Shown: one piece after another, positions 19,058 through 28,251 of the stretch
Layout of the letters: every line of letters starts with the position of its first letter
Position numbering within the stretch: position 1 is the stretch's first letter
From: Polaribacter sp.
Lineage (GTDB): Bacteria > Bacteroidota > Bacteroidia > Flavobacteriales > Flavobacteriaceae
NCBI GenBank assembly: GCA_034110665.1
Contig: JAWUYT010000038.1
Coordinates: 9,803 to 73,802, forward strand
Length of the DNA: 64,000 nucleotides
Direction: 5' to 3'
The notes under the pieces: generated by a model
Database searches by the model: none
Seen by the model: the letters and a program-made list of their open reading frames with translations, nothing else
What the model was told of the DNA's origin: nothing
Program-made: the position numbers and the translations under genes

Positions 19058-19609
19058 ATGATAAGACATTTATGGAATGAGGAGTGGAGGGATGTTCAGT
19101 TTGATGAAGTTATTTCTGTAAAATTAAAATTTAAAATCTCCAACTGTGGCCGAGTGATTAACTGTTCAAGCGAAAAAGAATATTTAAAAAAACGAACTTT
19201 TATAAACGGATATGAAACCATTTCTTTAAAACAAGAAGTTAACAAGAAATCTACAAGCAGATATGTCCACAAACTAGTAGCAGAACATTTTTTAGAAAAA
19301 GAAAATGAAGATCAAATTTATGTGATTCATTTAAATTATGATAAAAATGAGAACAGTGTAGAAAATTTACAATGGGCAACAAAAAGAGAAAAAGAGTTGC
19401 ATCAATTTAACAACCCAACCTGGCAGGAAATTGTCAGAAACAAGAGTATAGCTTACGCTAAATTATCTGCTGGTAAAGTGAAAATAATTAAACGTCAGCT
19501 TAAAAATAAAAGAACACGAATATCAATGATTGCTAAGCGATTTGGGGTTTCAGATACACAAATCCACAGGATAAAGTCAGGTGAAAATTGGGCTCATATA
19601 AAAATATAA
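19058..19609 (+). CDS. NUMOD4/HNH-like protein with C-terminal HTH
   Basis: EEWRDV...ISNCGRV (NUMOD4), VHKLVAEHF...VIHLNYDKNENSVENLQWAT (HNH-like), IAKRFGVSDTQIHRIKSGENW (HTH). Confidence 0.78.
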   Translation: MIRHLWNEEWRDVQFDEVISVKLKFKISNCGRVINCSSEKEYLKKRTFINGYETISLKQEVNKKSTSRYVHKLVAEHFLEKENEDQIYVIHLNYDKNENSVENLQWATKREKELHQFNNPTWQEIVRNKSIAYAKLSAGKVKIIKRQLKNKRTRISMIAKRFGVSDTQIHRIKSGENWAHIKI

Positions 19610-19657
19610 AAAATAGTGTCAGTTTGGCACTATTTTTTTTGTTGGCAACATTTTTGC
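19607..19657 (+). promoter_or_regulatory. Palindrome plus sigma54-type (-24/-12) promoter upstream of grpE
   Basis: ATAGTGTCA-gtt-TGGCACTAT inverted repeat, then TGGCAACATTTTTGC (19643-19657, GG-N10-GC). Confidence 0.55.
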
Positions 19658-19692
19658 CGTTATAGGAGAGACATAATAATTAGCATAAAGAA

Positions 19693-20241
19693 ATGAGTAA
19701 GAAAGAAGATATAAAAGACCAAGAAATAAAAAACGAACAAGAGACCATTCAAATTGAACAAAATCAAGAGGTTGAAGTAGAAGTTGTGGAGGAGGAACCT
19801 ACCTCAGAAGAAATAATTCAAGCTGAAAAAGATAAGTTTTTACGTTTGTTTGCAGAGTTCGAAAACTATAAAAAAAGAACAACTAGAGAAAGAATAGAAC
19901 TTTTTAAAACCGCAGGACAGGAATTAATGACATCTTTACTGCCAGTTGTAGATGATTTCGAACGCGCTTTGGCACATATAGAAGAAGATAAAGAAGCAGA
20001 AGAATTAAGAAAAGGAGTTCTATTAGTATATCAAAAATTCTACAACACTCTAGAGTTAAAAGGATTATTAAAAATAGAAACCAATGCTGGTGATGTTTTT
20101 GATGCAGAAATTCACGAAGCAATTACGCAGATTCCTGCTCCTTCAGAAGATTTAAAAGGAAAAATAATTGATTGTGTAGAAAAAGGATACAAATTAGGTG
20201 ATAAAATAATTCGCTATCCTAAAGTAGTAATAGGACAATAA
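19693..20241 (+). CDS. grpE: Nucleotide exchange factor GrpE
   Basis: RLFAEFENYKKR, LLPVVDDFERA and FDAEIHEAI motifs. Confidence 0.95.
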   Translation: MSKKEDIKDQEIKNEQETIQIEQNQEVEVEVVEEEPTSEEIIQAEKDKFLRLFAEFENYKKRTTRERIELFKTAGQELMTSLLPVVDDFERALAHIEEDKEAEELRKGVLLVYQKFYNTLELKGLLKIETNAGDVFDAEIHEAITQIPAPSEDLKGKIIDCVEKGYKLGDKIIRYPKVVIGQ

Positions 20242-20328
20242 AACAATAAATGATCTTTAGCAATGATAATCAGTTTTAACTGTATGCTAAAGATTTAAAG
20301 CTGTAGATTAAAAAAAAGTATTCAATCA

Positions 20329-20390
20329 ATAGTTTACCGTTAGCAGTTAGTTGCTGACTGATAACTACAAGCTGCTTACTGAAAACTAAA
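20329..20390. repeat. Degenerate heptamer-periodic inverted repeat
   Basis: atagttt-accgtta-gcagtta facing actgata-actacaa-gctgctt-actgaaa. Confidence 0.5.
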
Positions 20391-20394
20391 AATA

Positions 20395-21525
20395 ATGGCA
20401 AAACAAGATTTTTACGACATATTAGACATCTCGAAATCGGCTTCACAAGCAGAAATTAAGAAAGGTTATAGAAAAATGGCAATTAAATATCATCCAGATA
20501 AGAATCCTGATGATAAAAGTGCTGAAGAAAACTTTAAAAAAGCAGCTGAAGCTTATGAAGTTTTAAGCGATGAAAATAAAAAAGCACGTTATGATCAATA
20601 TGGTCATCAGGCTTTTGATGGTCCTCAAGGCGGCGGCGGCTTTAGCGGCGGCGGTATGAATATGGATGATATTTTCAGTCAGTTTGGAGATATTTTTGGT
20701 GGCGGTGGCGGTGGTTTCGGCGGCGGCTTTGGCGGTGGCGGAAGACAGCAAGCTAGAGTTAAAGGCAGTAATATGCGAATTCGTGTAAAACTTACTTTAG
20801 AAGAAATTGCGAAAGGTGTAGAGAAGAAAGTTAAAGTTCGTAGAAAAGTGCAGGCAGACGGTGTTCGTTATAAAACGTGTACAACCTGTAATGGTTCTGG
20901 CCAGCAAATGCGTGTTACCAATACCATTTTAGGTAGAATGCAAACTGCCACTACTTGCGGAACTTGTTCTGGAGCTGGTGAAATTATTAGTTCTAAACCT
21001 AATGAAGCAGATGCACAAGGTTTAATTGTAAAAGAAGAGACCGTACCAATCAATATACCTGCTGGTGTTACAGAAGGAGTGCAGTTAAAAGTAGGAGGAA
21101 AAGGGAATGATGCTCCAGGTAAAAATTCTATTGCAGGAGATTTATTAGTATTAATAGAAGAAGTTCCTCACGAAACGCTAAAAAGAGAAGGAACGAATAT
21201 TCATTACGATTTATATATTAATTTTTCTGAAGCAGTTTTAGGAACTAGTAAAGAAGTAGAAACTGTTACTGGTAAAGTCAAAATTAAAATTGATGCTGGT
21301 GCACAATCTGGCAGAATTTTACGATTAAAAGGGAAAGGATTGCCAAGTATTGAACGTTATGGAACAGGTGATTTTTTAATACACACCAATGTTTGGACTC
21401 CGCAACAATTAAATAAGGAGCAAACTCAATTTTTTGAAAAAATGTCTAATGATGACAATTTTGCACCAAGTCCAAATACATCGGATAAATCATTTTTTGA
21501 AAAAGTAAAAGATATGTTTTCTTAA
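20395..21525 (+). CDS. dnaJ: Chaperone DnaJ
   Basis: J domain with HPD, G/F-rich linker, CxxCxGxG repeats. Confidence 0.95.
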   Translation: MAKQDFYDILDISKSASQAEIKKGYRKMAIKYHPDKNPDDKSAEENFKKAAEAYEVLSDENKKARYDQYGHQAFDGPQGGGGFSGGGMNMDDIFSQFGDIFGGGGGGFGGGFGGGGRQQARVKGSNMRIRVKLTLEEIAKGVEKKVKVRRKVQADGVRYKTCTTCNGSGQQMRVTNTILGRMQTATTCGTCSGAGEIISSKPNEADAQGLIVKEETVPINIPAGVTEGVQLKVGGKGNDAPGKNSIAGDLLVLIEEVPHETLKREGTNIHYDLYINFSEAVLGTSKEVETVTGKVKIKIDAGAQSGRILRLKGKGLPSIERYGTGDFLIHTNVWTPQQLNKEQTQFFEKMSNDDNFAPSPNTSDKSFFEKVKDMFS

Positions 21526-21595
21526 TGATGTATCGAAAATGGAAAAAAAGACTATATATTTTGTGATATATGTTTTTTATTAATTCATTTTAAAC

Positions 21596-21686
21596 TATAT
21601 TTGCACTGTTATTGAGAAATCGATAACACTTTTTCTTTTTCATAGCAATTTTTCCCACTCAAATTTTATTTGAGTGGGTTTTTTTT
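21596..21686 (+). ncRNA. Candidate small RNA (~80 nt) with own promoter and terminator
   Basis: -7 box TATATTTG (21596-21603); 9-bp stem with GAAA tetraloop (21607-21628); U-rich linker; terminator CCCACTCAAAT/ATTTGAGTGGG + T8. Confidence 0.6.
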
Positions 21687-21708
21687 AAAGGTAAAAGACA
21701 TAAAATAT

Positions 21709-22077
21709 AAAGCAGACTTATCTTATCGCTTAATGCTGAACTTGTTTCAGCACCTTCCTTATAAATAGAAATATTTTAATAAAGGTTCTGAATCAAGTTC
21801 GGAGTAAAGAGGAAAGTCCGGACACCAAAGAGTATTCATAGCGGATAACATCCGTCCAACGTAAGTTGAGGACCAGTGCAACAGAAAGCAAGTACAGTTC
21901 GGCTGTAGTGAAACCAGGTAAACTCTATGAGGTGCAATGCCATGTATATTAGAGCTTGAGGGCAACTCGCTCGATTCTAAAGGGTAGGCAGATGGATTCT
22001 AAAAGTAATTTTAGAACTAGATAAATGATAAGAACCTTAAGTAGTAAGGTACAGAATTCGGCTTACAAGTCTGCTTT
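21709..22077 (+). ncRNA. rnpB: RNase P RNA
   Basis: P1 AAAGCAGACTT/AAGTCTGCTTT; GAGGAAAGTCCGG; AGTGCAACAGAAAG; GGTAAACTC; ACAGAATTCGGCTTAC. Confidence 0.95.
21731..21807. repeat. REP-like paired palindrome forming an extended P3 of RNase P RNA
   Basis: TGCTGAACTTGTTTCAGCACC ... GGTTCTGAATCAAGTTCGGA; the halves are self- and mutually complementary. Confidence 0.7.
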
Positions 22078-22314
22078 TCTATTTTATTTATGAAATCTTC
22101 ATAAATAAAGTTAAAAACTGTTTTTTTGTTGAATTATATTTAATGTTTTAACAAATAGCTTTTTTTTATTCATTAATTGCACCTATCTATTGTTTATTGT
22201 TCAATCTTAAGATAAAAAATGTAAGTTTGCGATACTTAAAATATTTAAATATTTTGTTAAAATCCTTTTGCATTTTTACACCGATATGTTTTACATTAAC
22301 TAAAGATCCCTTTT

Positions 22315-25092
22315 ATGAGTATTTATAAAGATTACCTTAATCAGATAGAAAACAGGAAAAAACTAGAACTTCAACCACAGCCTATTGATGGGAAAGATTT
22401 ATTAAGTGAAATTGTTTCCCAAATTAAAGATATAAACCATAAGTACCGTGCTGAATCTCTTGACTTTTTCATCTATAATGTCTTACCTGGAACTACAAGT
22501 GCAGCCAGTGTAAAAGCTAAATTTTTACAAGAGATTATTCTGGGTAAATCTGTAGTGAAAGAAATTACAGTTTCTTTTGCCTTTGAGCAGTTGTCTCATA
22601 TGAAAGGAGGACCCTCAATTGAAGTTTTATTGGATTTAGCCTTAAGTAATGATACTTCCATTGCTTCGCAAGCAGGAACTGTGCTTAAGACACAGGTTTT
22701 CTTGTATGAAGCAGACATGAATCGTTTAGAGGTAGCATTAAAAAAAGGTAATAAAACTGCAAAAAGTATTATTCAGAGTTACGCTAAAGCAGAATTTTTT
22801 ACGAAGTTGCCTGAAATTGATGAAGAAATTGAAATTGTAACTTTTGTTGCAGGAATAGGAGATATTTCTACTGATTTACTTTCTCCTGGAGGTGATGCCC
22901 ACTCACGTTCTGACCGTGAGCTGCATGGACAATGTTTATTTGAACATAACAAGGCACAACAAAACAAATTAATAGCACTGCAAAAGCAACATCCTAATAA
23001 GAGAGTGATGTTAATTGCAGATAAAGGTACAATGGGAGTTGGTTCTTCTAGAATGTCTGGTGTAAATAATGTGGCTTTATGGACGGGTATAAAAGCGAGC
23101 CCATATGTGCCATTTATTAATATAGCACCAATTATTGCTGGGACAAATGGAATTTCTCCAATTTTCTTAACAACTGTAGGTGTAACTGGTGGTATTGGAA
23201 TTGATCTTAAAAATTGGGTCAAACAGAAAGATGAAGCGGGCAACACGATAAGAGATGAAAATGGAGACAGCGTTCTTAAAGAGGCTTATTCTGTTGCTAC
23301 AGGAACTGTTTTGACGTTAAATACGAAAGAAAAGAAACTTTATAAAGGTGGTGTTTTGTTAATGGACATTTCTGAAGCATTGACACCTCAAAAAGTAGAA
23401 TTTATTAGAGCTGGTGGGTCCTATGCAATTGTATTTGGTAAGAAATTGCAGGCGTTTGCAGCGAAGGCACTAGACATAGATTTTGTATCAGTATATGCGA
23501 ATTCAAAAGAGGTTTCTATTGATGGGCAAGGCCTTACAGCTGTAGAAAAGTTATTTAATAAAAATGCAGTAGGTATTGAACCTGGTAAAACGTTACATGC
23601 AGGATCTTATGTTCGTGTAGAGGTAAATATTATAGGTTCGCAAGATACAACAGGTTTAATGACTTCTCAAGAATTGGAAATGATGGCAGCTACAGTTATT
23701 TCCCCAATTGTTGATGGTGCATACCAATCAGGTTGTCATACTGCTTCCGTTTGGGACGATAAATCTAAAGCGAACATTCCTAGATTGATGAAATTTATGA
23801 ACGATTTTGGTTTAATTACTGCTCGTGACCCAAATCATACATACAAACCGATGACCGATGTAATTCACAAGGTTTTGAATGATCTTACGGTGGATGATTG
23901 GGCAATAATTATCGGTGGAGACTCACATACCAGAATGTCTAAAGGTGTTGCCTTTGGTGCAGATTCAGGAACTGTTGCTTTGGCACTTGCTACTGGTGAA
24001 GCGTCAATGCCAATTCCAGAATCTGTAAAAGTTACATTCAAAGGGAAAATGGAAAGTTATATGGACTTCCGTGATGTTGTGCATGCAACTCAATCTCAAA
24101 TGCTAAAGAATTTTGGAGGAGATAACGTATTTCAAGGCAGAATTATTGAAGTTCATTTGGGAACACTTACAGCTGATGAAGCATTTACATTTACGGATTG
24201 GACTGCAGAAATGAAGGCAAAAGCTTCGATCTGTATTTCTGAAGACGAAACTTTGATTGAATCTTTGGAAATTGCAAAAGGAAGAATCCAGATCATGATA
24301 GAAAAGGGAATGGATAATCAAAAACAAGTTCTTCAAGGTTTAATTGATATCGCTAATAGAAGAATTACAGAGATTAAATCTGGAGAAAAACCAGCATTAA
24401 CTCCAGATGCAAATGCGAAATATGCTGCAGAAGTGGTCATTGATCTTGATTTGGTTGAAGAGCCAATGATTGCAGATCCTGATGTAAATAATGATGATGT
24501 TTCTAAGCGCTACACCCATGACACAATAAGACCCTTATCGTTTTATGGAGGAACAAAAAAAGTAGATTTAGGTTTTATTGGCTCTTGCATGGTTCACAAG
24601 GGAGATATGAAAATTCTTGCTCAAATGCTTAAAAATGTAGAGGCGCAACAAGGTAAGGTTGAGTTTAAGGCACCTCTAGTGGTGGCTCCACCTACCTATA
24701 ATATTGTAGATGAATTAAAAGCAGAAGGTGATTGGGACGTTTTAGTAAAATATGCTGGTTTTGAGTTTGATGATAATGCTCCCAAAGATGCAGCTCGTAC
24801 AGGGTATAAAAATATTTTGTATTTAGAGCGTCCTGGTTGTAACCTATGCATGGGAAACCAAGAAAAAGCTGCCGCAGGAGATACTGTAATGGCAACATCT
24901 ACACGTCTTTTCCAAGGAAGAGTTGTTAAAGATAGTCAAGAGAAAAAAGGAGAATCGTTACTTTCCTCGACTCCTGTTGTTGTACTTTCTACAATTTTAG
25001 GAAGAACTCCTACAATGGATGAATATAAAACCGCAGTAAAAGGAATCAACTTAACAAAGTTTGCTCCTTCTTTAAAACAGTTGGTTAAATAA
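22315..25092 (+). CDS. acnB: Aconitate hydratase 2 / 2-methylisocitrate dehydratase
   Basis: N-terminal HEAT-like and swivel domains (GSSRMS), SQDTTG, GGDSHTR, FIGSCM and PGCNLCMGNQ motifs. Confidence 0.93.
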   Translation: MSIYKDYLNQIENRKKLELQPQPIDGKDLLSEIVSQIKDINHKYRAESLDFFIYNVLPGTTSAASVKAKFLQEIILGKSVVKEITVSFAFEQLSHMKGGPSIEVLLDLALSNDTSIASQAGTVLKTQVFLYEADMNRLEVALKKGNKTAKSIIQSYAKAEFFTKLPEIDEEIEIVTFVAGIGDISTDLLSPGGDAHSRSDRELHGQCLFEHNKAQQNKLIALQKQHPNKRVMLIADKGTMGVGSSRMSGVNNVALWTGIKASPYVPFINIAPIIAGTNGISPIFLTTVGVTGGIGIDLKNWVKQKDEAGNTIRDENGDSVLKEAYSVATGTVLTLNTKEKKLYKGGVLLMDISEALTPQKVEFIRAGGSYAIVFGKKLQAFAAKALDIDFVSVYANSKEVSIDGQGLTAVEKLFNKNAVGIEPGKTLHAGSYVRVEVNIIGSQDTTGLMTSQELEMMAATVISPIVDGAYQSGCHTASVWDDKSKANIPRLMKFMNDFGLITARDPNHTYKPMTDVIHKVLNDLTVDDWAIIIGGDSHTRMSKGVAFGADSGTVALALATGEASMPIPESVKVTFKGKMESYMDFRDVVHATQSQMLKNFGGDNVFQGRIIEVHLGTLTADEAFTFTDWTAEMKAKASICISEDETLIESLEIAKGRIQIMIEKGMDNQKQVLQGLIDIANRRITEIKSGEKPALTPDANAKYAAEVVIDLDLVEEPMIADPDVNNDDVSKRYTHDTIRPLSFYGGTKKVDLGFIGSCMVHKGDMKILAQMLKNVEAQQGKVEFKAPLVVAPPTYNIVDELKAEGDWDVLVKYAGFEFDDNAPKDAARTGYKNILYLERPGCNLCMGNQEKAAAGDTVMATSTRLFQGRVVKDSQEKKGESLLSSTPVVVLSTILGRTPTMDEYKTAVKGINLTKFAPSLKQLVK

Positions 25093-25148
25093 AAGAACAT
25101 CACAATACTATATTTTCTTTATCTAATATCATAAAATATTAAAGTTGT

Positions 25149-25182
25149 AAAAAAGCCTAATTCTTAAAATTAGGCTTTTTTT
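25149..25182 (+). terminator. Intrinsic terminator of acnB
   Basis: AAAAAAGCCTAATT...AATTAGGCTTTTTTT. Confidence 0.75.
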
Positions 25183-25194
25183 AGGACATTAACT

Positions 25195-25760
25195 AATCAC
25201 CCTGCACTTATATAAGTGCAGGGGTTTTTAATAAGGACTAAAAGTCCTACTTTGGATTACTCAAGTATAAAATTTGAATTGTCATCTGTATTTTTTCTTT
25301 TATGGTGTTCCAAATAGTTGTTGACCATTTTATCAGTAGTATTTCCGCTTCTCCAAACTCCAGAAACAGTTGCTCAAAATACTTTTCCAAATAATGCTTT
25401 ATCAAAGAAGAAAACTCCTACTGAAGTTTTCGTGAAGAACAACGTTTCAAATTCTTTACAATAGAACTTACATTAAGCTTTGGAGCATACTCTATATGCA
25501 TATTTATATAATCTGGACTAACAACTCCTTTCGGTATAACAATTCTTTGTGAATCAGATCCTTGTATTAAAAGTTCATAACAACAAGACTGCAGGTCGCC
25601 ATGTAAAACTTTATACCTATGTTTAGTTGGCCAAAAAATATAACAATTCAAACGAATTATGGCATGCGATTCTTTTCTTATAATTGAACTCATGTGCGAG
25701 TGTATAATTTTTTCGCATAACTAAAGCACTGCAATAAATTGCAGAGTTTTAAGCTCTAGT
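25195..25760 (-). mobile_element. Degenerate IS200/IS605-family element (tnpA only)
   Basis: Subterminal hairpins CCCTGCACTTA-TA-TAAGTGCAGGG (25200-25223) and CTGCAAT-AA-ATTGCAG (25729-25744) flank a broken tnpA. Confidence 0.8.
25257..25693 (-). pseudogene. tnpA: IS200-family Y1 transposase pseudogene
   Basis: WPTKHRYKVL, eroded HUH (DYINMHIEY), KRCSSRKLQ then a stop. The C-terminal GVWRSGNTTDKMVNNYLEHH continues past the break. Confidence 0.85.
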
Positions 25761-25830
25761 CCATAAACATAAAATGAAAGAACGATCCTACATATATTAA
25801 CTTCAAATACTTTCGATGCTAGTAATCCTT

Positions 25831-25880
25831 TTTTAGAATCATTCTATATTTTTAAATTTTTATTATAACAATTCTATATT
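25831..25880. promoter_or_regulatory. Putative metal-responsive (Fur-like) operator upstream of aconitase
   Basis: Palindrome TAGAAT-C-ATTCTA (25834-25846) and a degenerate second copy 30 bp downstream. Confidence 0.4.
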
Positions 25881-25927
25881 TCGTATCTTGTAAAGTTAAT
25901 ATAATTAAAAAAAAATAGAAAAACATT

Positions 25928-28195
25928 ATGGCTTTTGATATTGATATGATAAAACAGGTTTACGCAAACATGACAGAACGCATAGATGCTGCTCGCAAAA
26001 TAACAGGGAAACCACTTACCTTGTCAGAAAAGATTTTATATTCTCATTTATGGGAAGGGAAACCTACTAAAGAATTGGTAAGAGGAAAAGATTATGTTGA
26101 TTTTGCTCCAGATAGAATTGCTTGTCAAGATGCAACAGCACAAATGGCTTTGTTGCAATTTATGCAGGCAGGTAAGGTACAAGTAGCAGTGCCCACAACC
26201 GTTCACTGTGATCATTTAATTCAAGCTAAAGATGGTGCTGCTACAGATTTAAAGCATGCAAATAATACAAGTAGTGAAGTTTTTAATTTTTTAGAATCTG
26301 TTTCTAACAAATATGGAATTGGTTTTTGGAAACCTGGCGCAGGTATCATTCACCAAGTAGTTTTAGAAAATTATGCATTTCCTGGAGGAATGATGATTGG
26401 TACAGATTCTCATACAGTAAATGCAGGAGGATTAGGTATGGTGGCTATTGGTGTTGGTGGTGCAGATGCAGTTGATGTAATGGCAGGTATGGCTTGGGAA
26501 TTAAAGTTCCCTAAATTAATAGGTGTTAGATTAATCGGAAAACTTTCCGGTTGGACGGCCCCAAAAGATGTAATTTTAAAAGTTGCTGAAATTTTAACTG
26601 TAAAAGGAGGAACAGGAGCAATTGTAGAATATTTTGGACCTGGAGCAACCTCTATGTCTTGTACTGGTAAAGGCACAATTTGTAACATGGGTGCTGAAAT
26701 TGGTGCAACTACTTCAACGTTTGGATACGACGAATCTATGGAACGTTATTTAACCGCCACAGATAGAAAAGACGTTGCAAACGCTGCGAATAAAGTAAAA
26801 GATTATTTAACAGCAGATCCTGAAGTATATGCAAATCCAGAACAATATTTTGATCAAGTAATTGAAATAAATTTATCAGAATTAGGTCCTCTATTAAACG
26901 GACCTTTTACACCCGATTTATCGACGCCTGTAGGGGCTGATATGACTGAAAAAGCCGCGACTAACGAGTGGCCACTTACTGTAGAATGGGGATTAATTGG
27001 TTCTTGTACGAATTCATCTTATGAAGATTTGTCTAGAGCTTCTTCAATTGCACAACAAGCCATTGATAAAGGTTTAAAAATGAAGTCAGAATTAGGAATT
27101 AATCCTGGCTCTGAACAGGTAAGATATACTGCAGATAGAGATGGAATTCTTGGGATTTTCGAAAACTTAAATGCCAAAATATTTACCAATGCTTGTGGTC
27201 CTTGTATAGGCCAATGGGCAAGATATTCAGATCCTAAAAATGCTCCTAAAAATAGTATTGTGCATTCTTTTAATAGAAATTTTGCTAAAAGAGCAGATGG
27301 CAATCCAAATACTCATGCATTTGTTGCATCACCTGAAATAACTGCAGCAATTGCAATTGCAGGGCGTTTGGATTTTAACCCTTTAACAGACTTTTTAATC
27401 AATGAAGACGGTGAAGAAGTAATGTTTGACGAACCAACAGGATGGGAATTACCTCCAAAAGGTTTTGAAGTTTTGGATAACGGTTATTTAGCGCCAGAAA
27501 AAGACGGAAGCCACGTTAAAATTGCGGTGAATGAAGATTCAGAAAGATTACAATTATTAGAGCCTTTCACACCTTTAGGAAATACAATTACTGGAGCAAA
27601 ATTATTAATAAAAGCTTTTGGTAAATGCACTACAGATCACATTTCTATGGCGGGGCCTTGGTTACGTTTTAGAGGTCATTTAGATAATATTGCGAACAAT
27701 ACTTTAATCGGTGCAATAAATGCTTTTAATAAAAAGACAAACTTCGTTAAAAATCAATTAACAGGAGAATACAACTCGGTTCCTGCGGTTCAAAGAGAAT
27801 ATAAGAAAGCTGGAATTAATACAATCGTTGTTGGTGATCATAATTATGGTGAAGGTTCTTCTAGAGAGCACGCTGCAATGCAACCAAGACATTTGGGTGT
27901 TGCTGCTGTAATTGTAAAATCTTTTGCAAGAATTCATGAAACAAACTTGAAAAAACAAGGAATGTTAGGTTTGACATTTGCTAATGAAACAGATTACGAT
28001 TTAATCCATGAAAATGACACTTTCAATTTTTTAGATTTAAATGAATTTGCTCCGGATAAGCCATTAACTATTGAAGCTGTTCATGCTGATGGAAGTAAAG
28101 ATGTATTTGAGGCAAACCATACGTATAACAATTCTCAAATTGTTTGGTACAATGAAGGTTCTGCTTTGAATTTAATTAAAAAGCAAAACGCCTAG
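25928..28195 (+). CDS. Aconitate hydratase (mitochondrial-like AcnA subfamily)
   Basis: [36 protein letters not shown] and [10 protein letters not shown] motifs. Confidence 0.93.
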   Translation: MAFDIDMIKQVYANMTERIDAARKITGKPLTLSEKILYSHLWEGKPTKELVRGKDYVDFAPDRIACQDATAQMALLQFMQAGKVQVAVPTTVHCDHLIQAKDGAATDLKHANNTSSEVFNFLESVSNKYGIGFWKPGAGIIHQVVLENYAFPGGMMIGTDSHTVNAGGLGMVAIGVGGADAVDVMAGMAWELKFPKLIGVRLIGKLSGWTAPKDVILKVAEILTVKGGTGAIVEYFGPGATSMSCTGKGTICNMGAEIGATTSTFGYDESMERYLTATDRKDVANAANKVKDYLTADPEVYANPEQYFDQVIEINLSELGPLLNGPFTPDLSTPVGADMTEKAATNEWPLTVEWGLIGSCTNSSYEDLSRASSIAQQAIDKGLKMKSELGINPGSEQVRYTADRDGILGIFENLNAKIFTNACGPCIGQWARYSDPKNAPKNSIVHSFNRNFAKRADGNPNTHAFVASPEITAAIAIAGRLDFNPLTDFLINEDGEEVMFDEPTGWELPPKGFEVLDNGYLAPEKDGSHVKIAVNEDSERLQLLEPFTPLGNTITGAKLLIKAFGKCTTDHISMAGPWLRFRGHLDNIANNTLIGAINAFNKKTNFVKNQLTGEYNSVPAVQREYKKAGINTIVVGDHNYGEGSSREHAAMQPRHLGVAAVIVKSFARIHETNLKKQGMLGLTFANETDYDLIHENDTFNFLDLNEFAPDKPLTIEAVHADGSKDVFEANHTYNNSQIVWYNEGSALNLIKKQNA

Positions 28196-28215
28196 ATTTT
28201 ATAAAATTATAGTTT

Positions 28216-28248
28216 AAAACTCCTGAATTTATTCAGGAGTTTTTTTTT
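28216..28248. terminator. Intrinsic terminator after aconitase
   Basis: AAAACTCCTGAAT-TT-ATTCAGGAGTTTTTTTTT. Confidence 0.8.
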
Positions 28249-28251
28249 GAA

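Noticed and set aside
20628-20742. GGC-rich repeats in dnaJ
   Set aside because: They encode the normal G/F-rich linker.
21759-21965. 68-aa minus-strand ORF
   Set aside because: Antisense to RNase P RNA.
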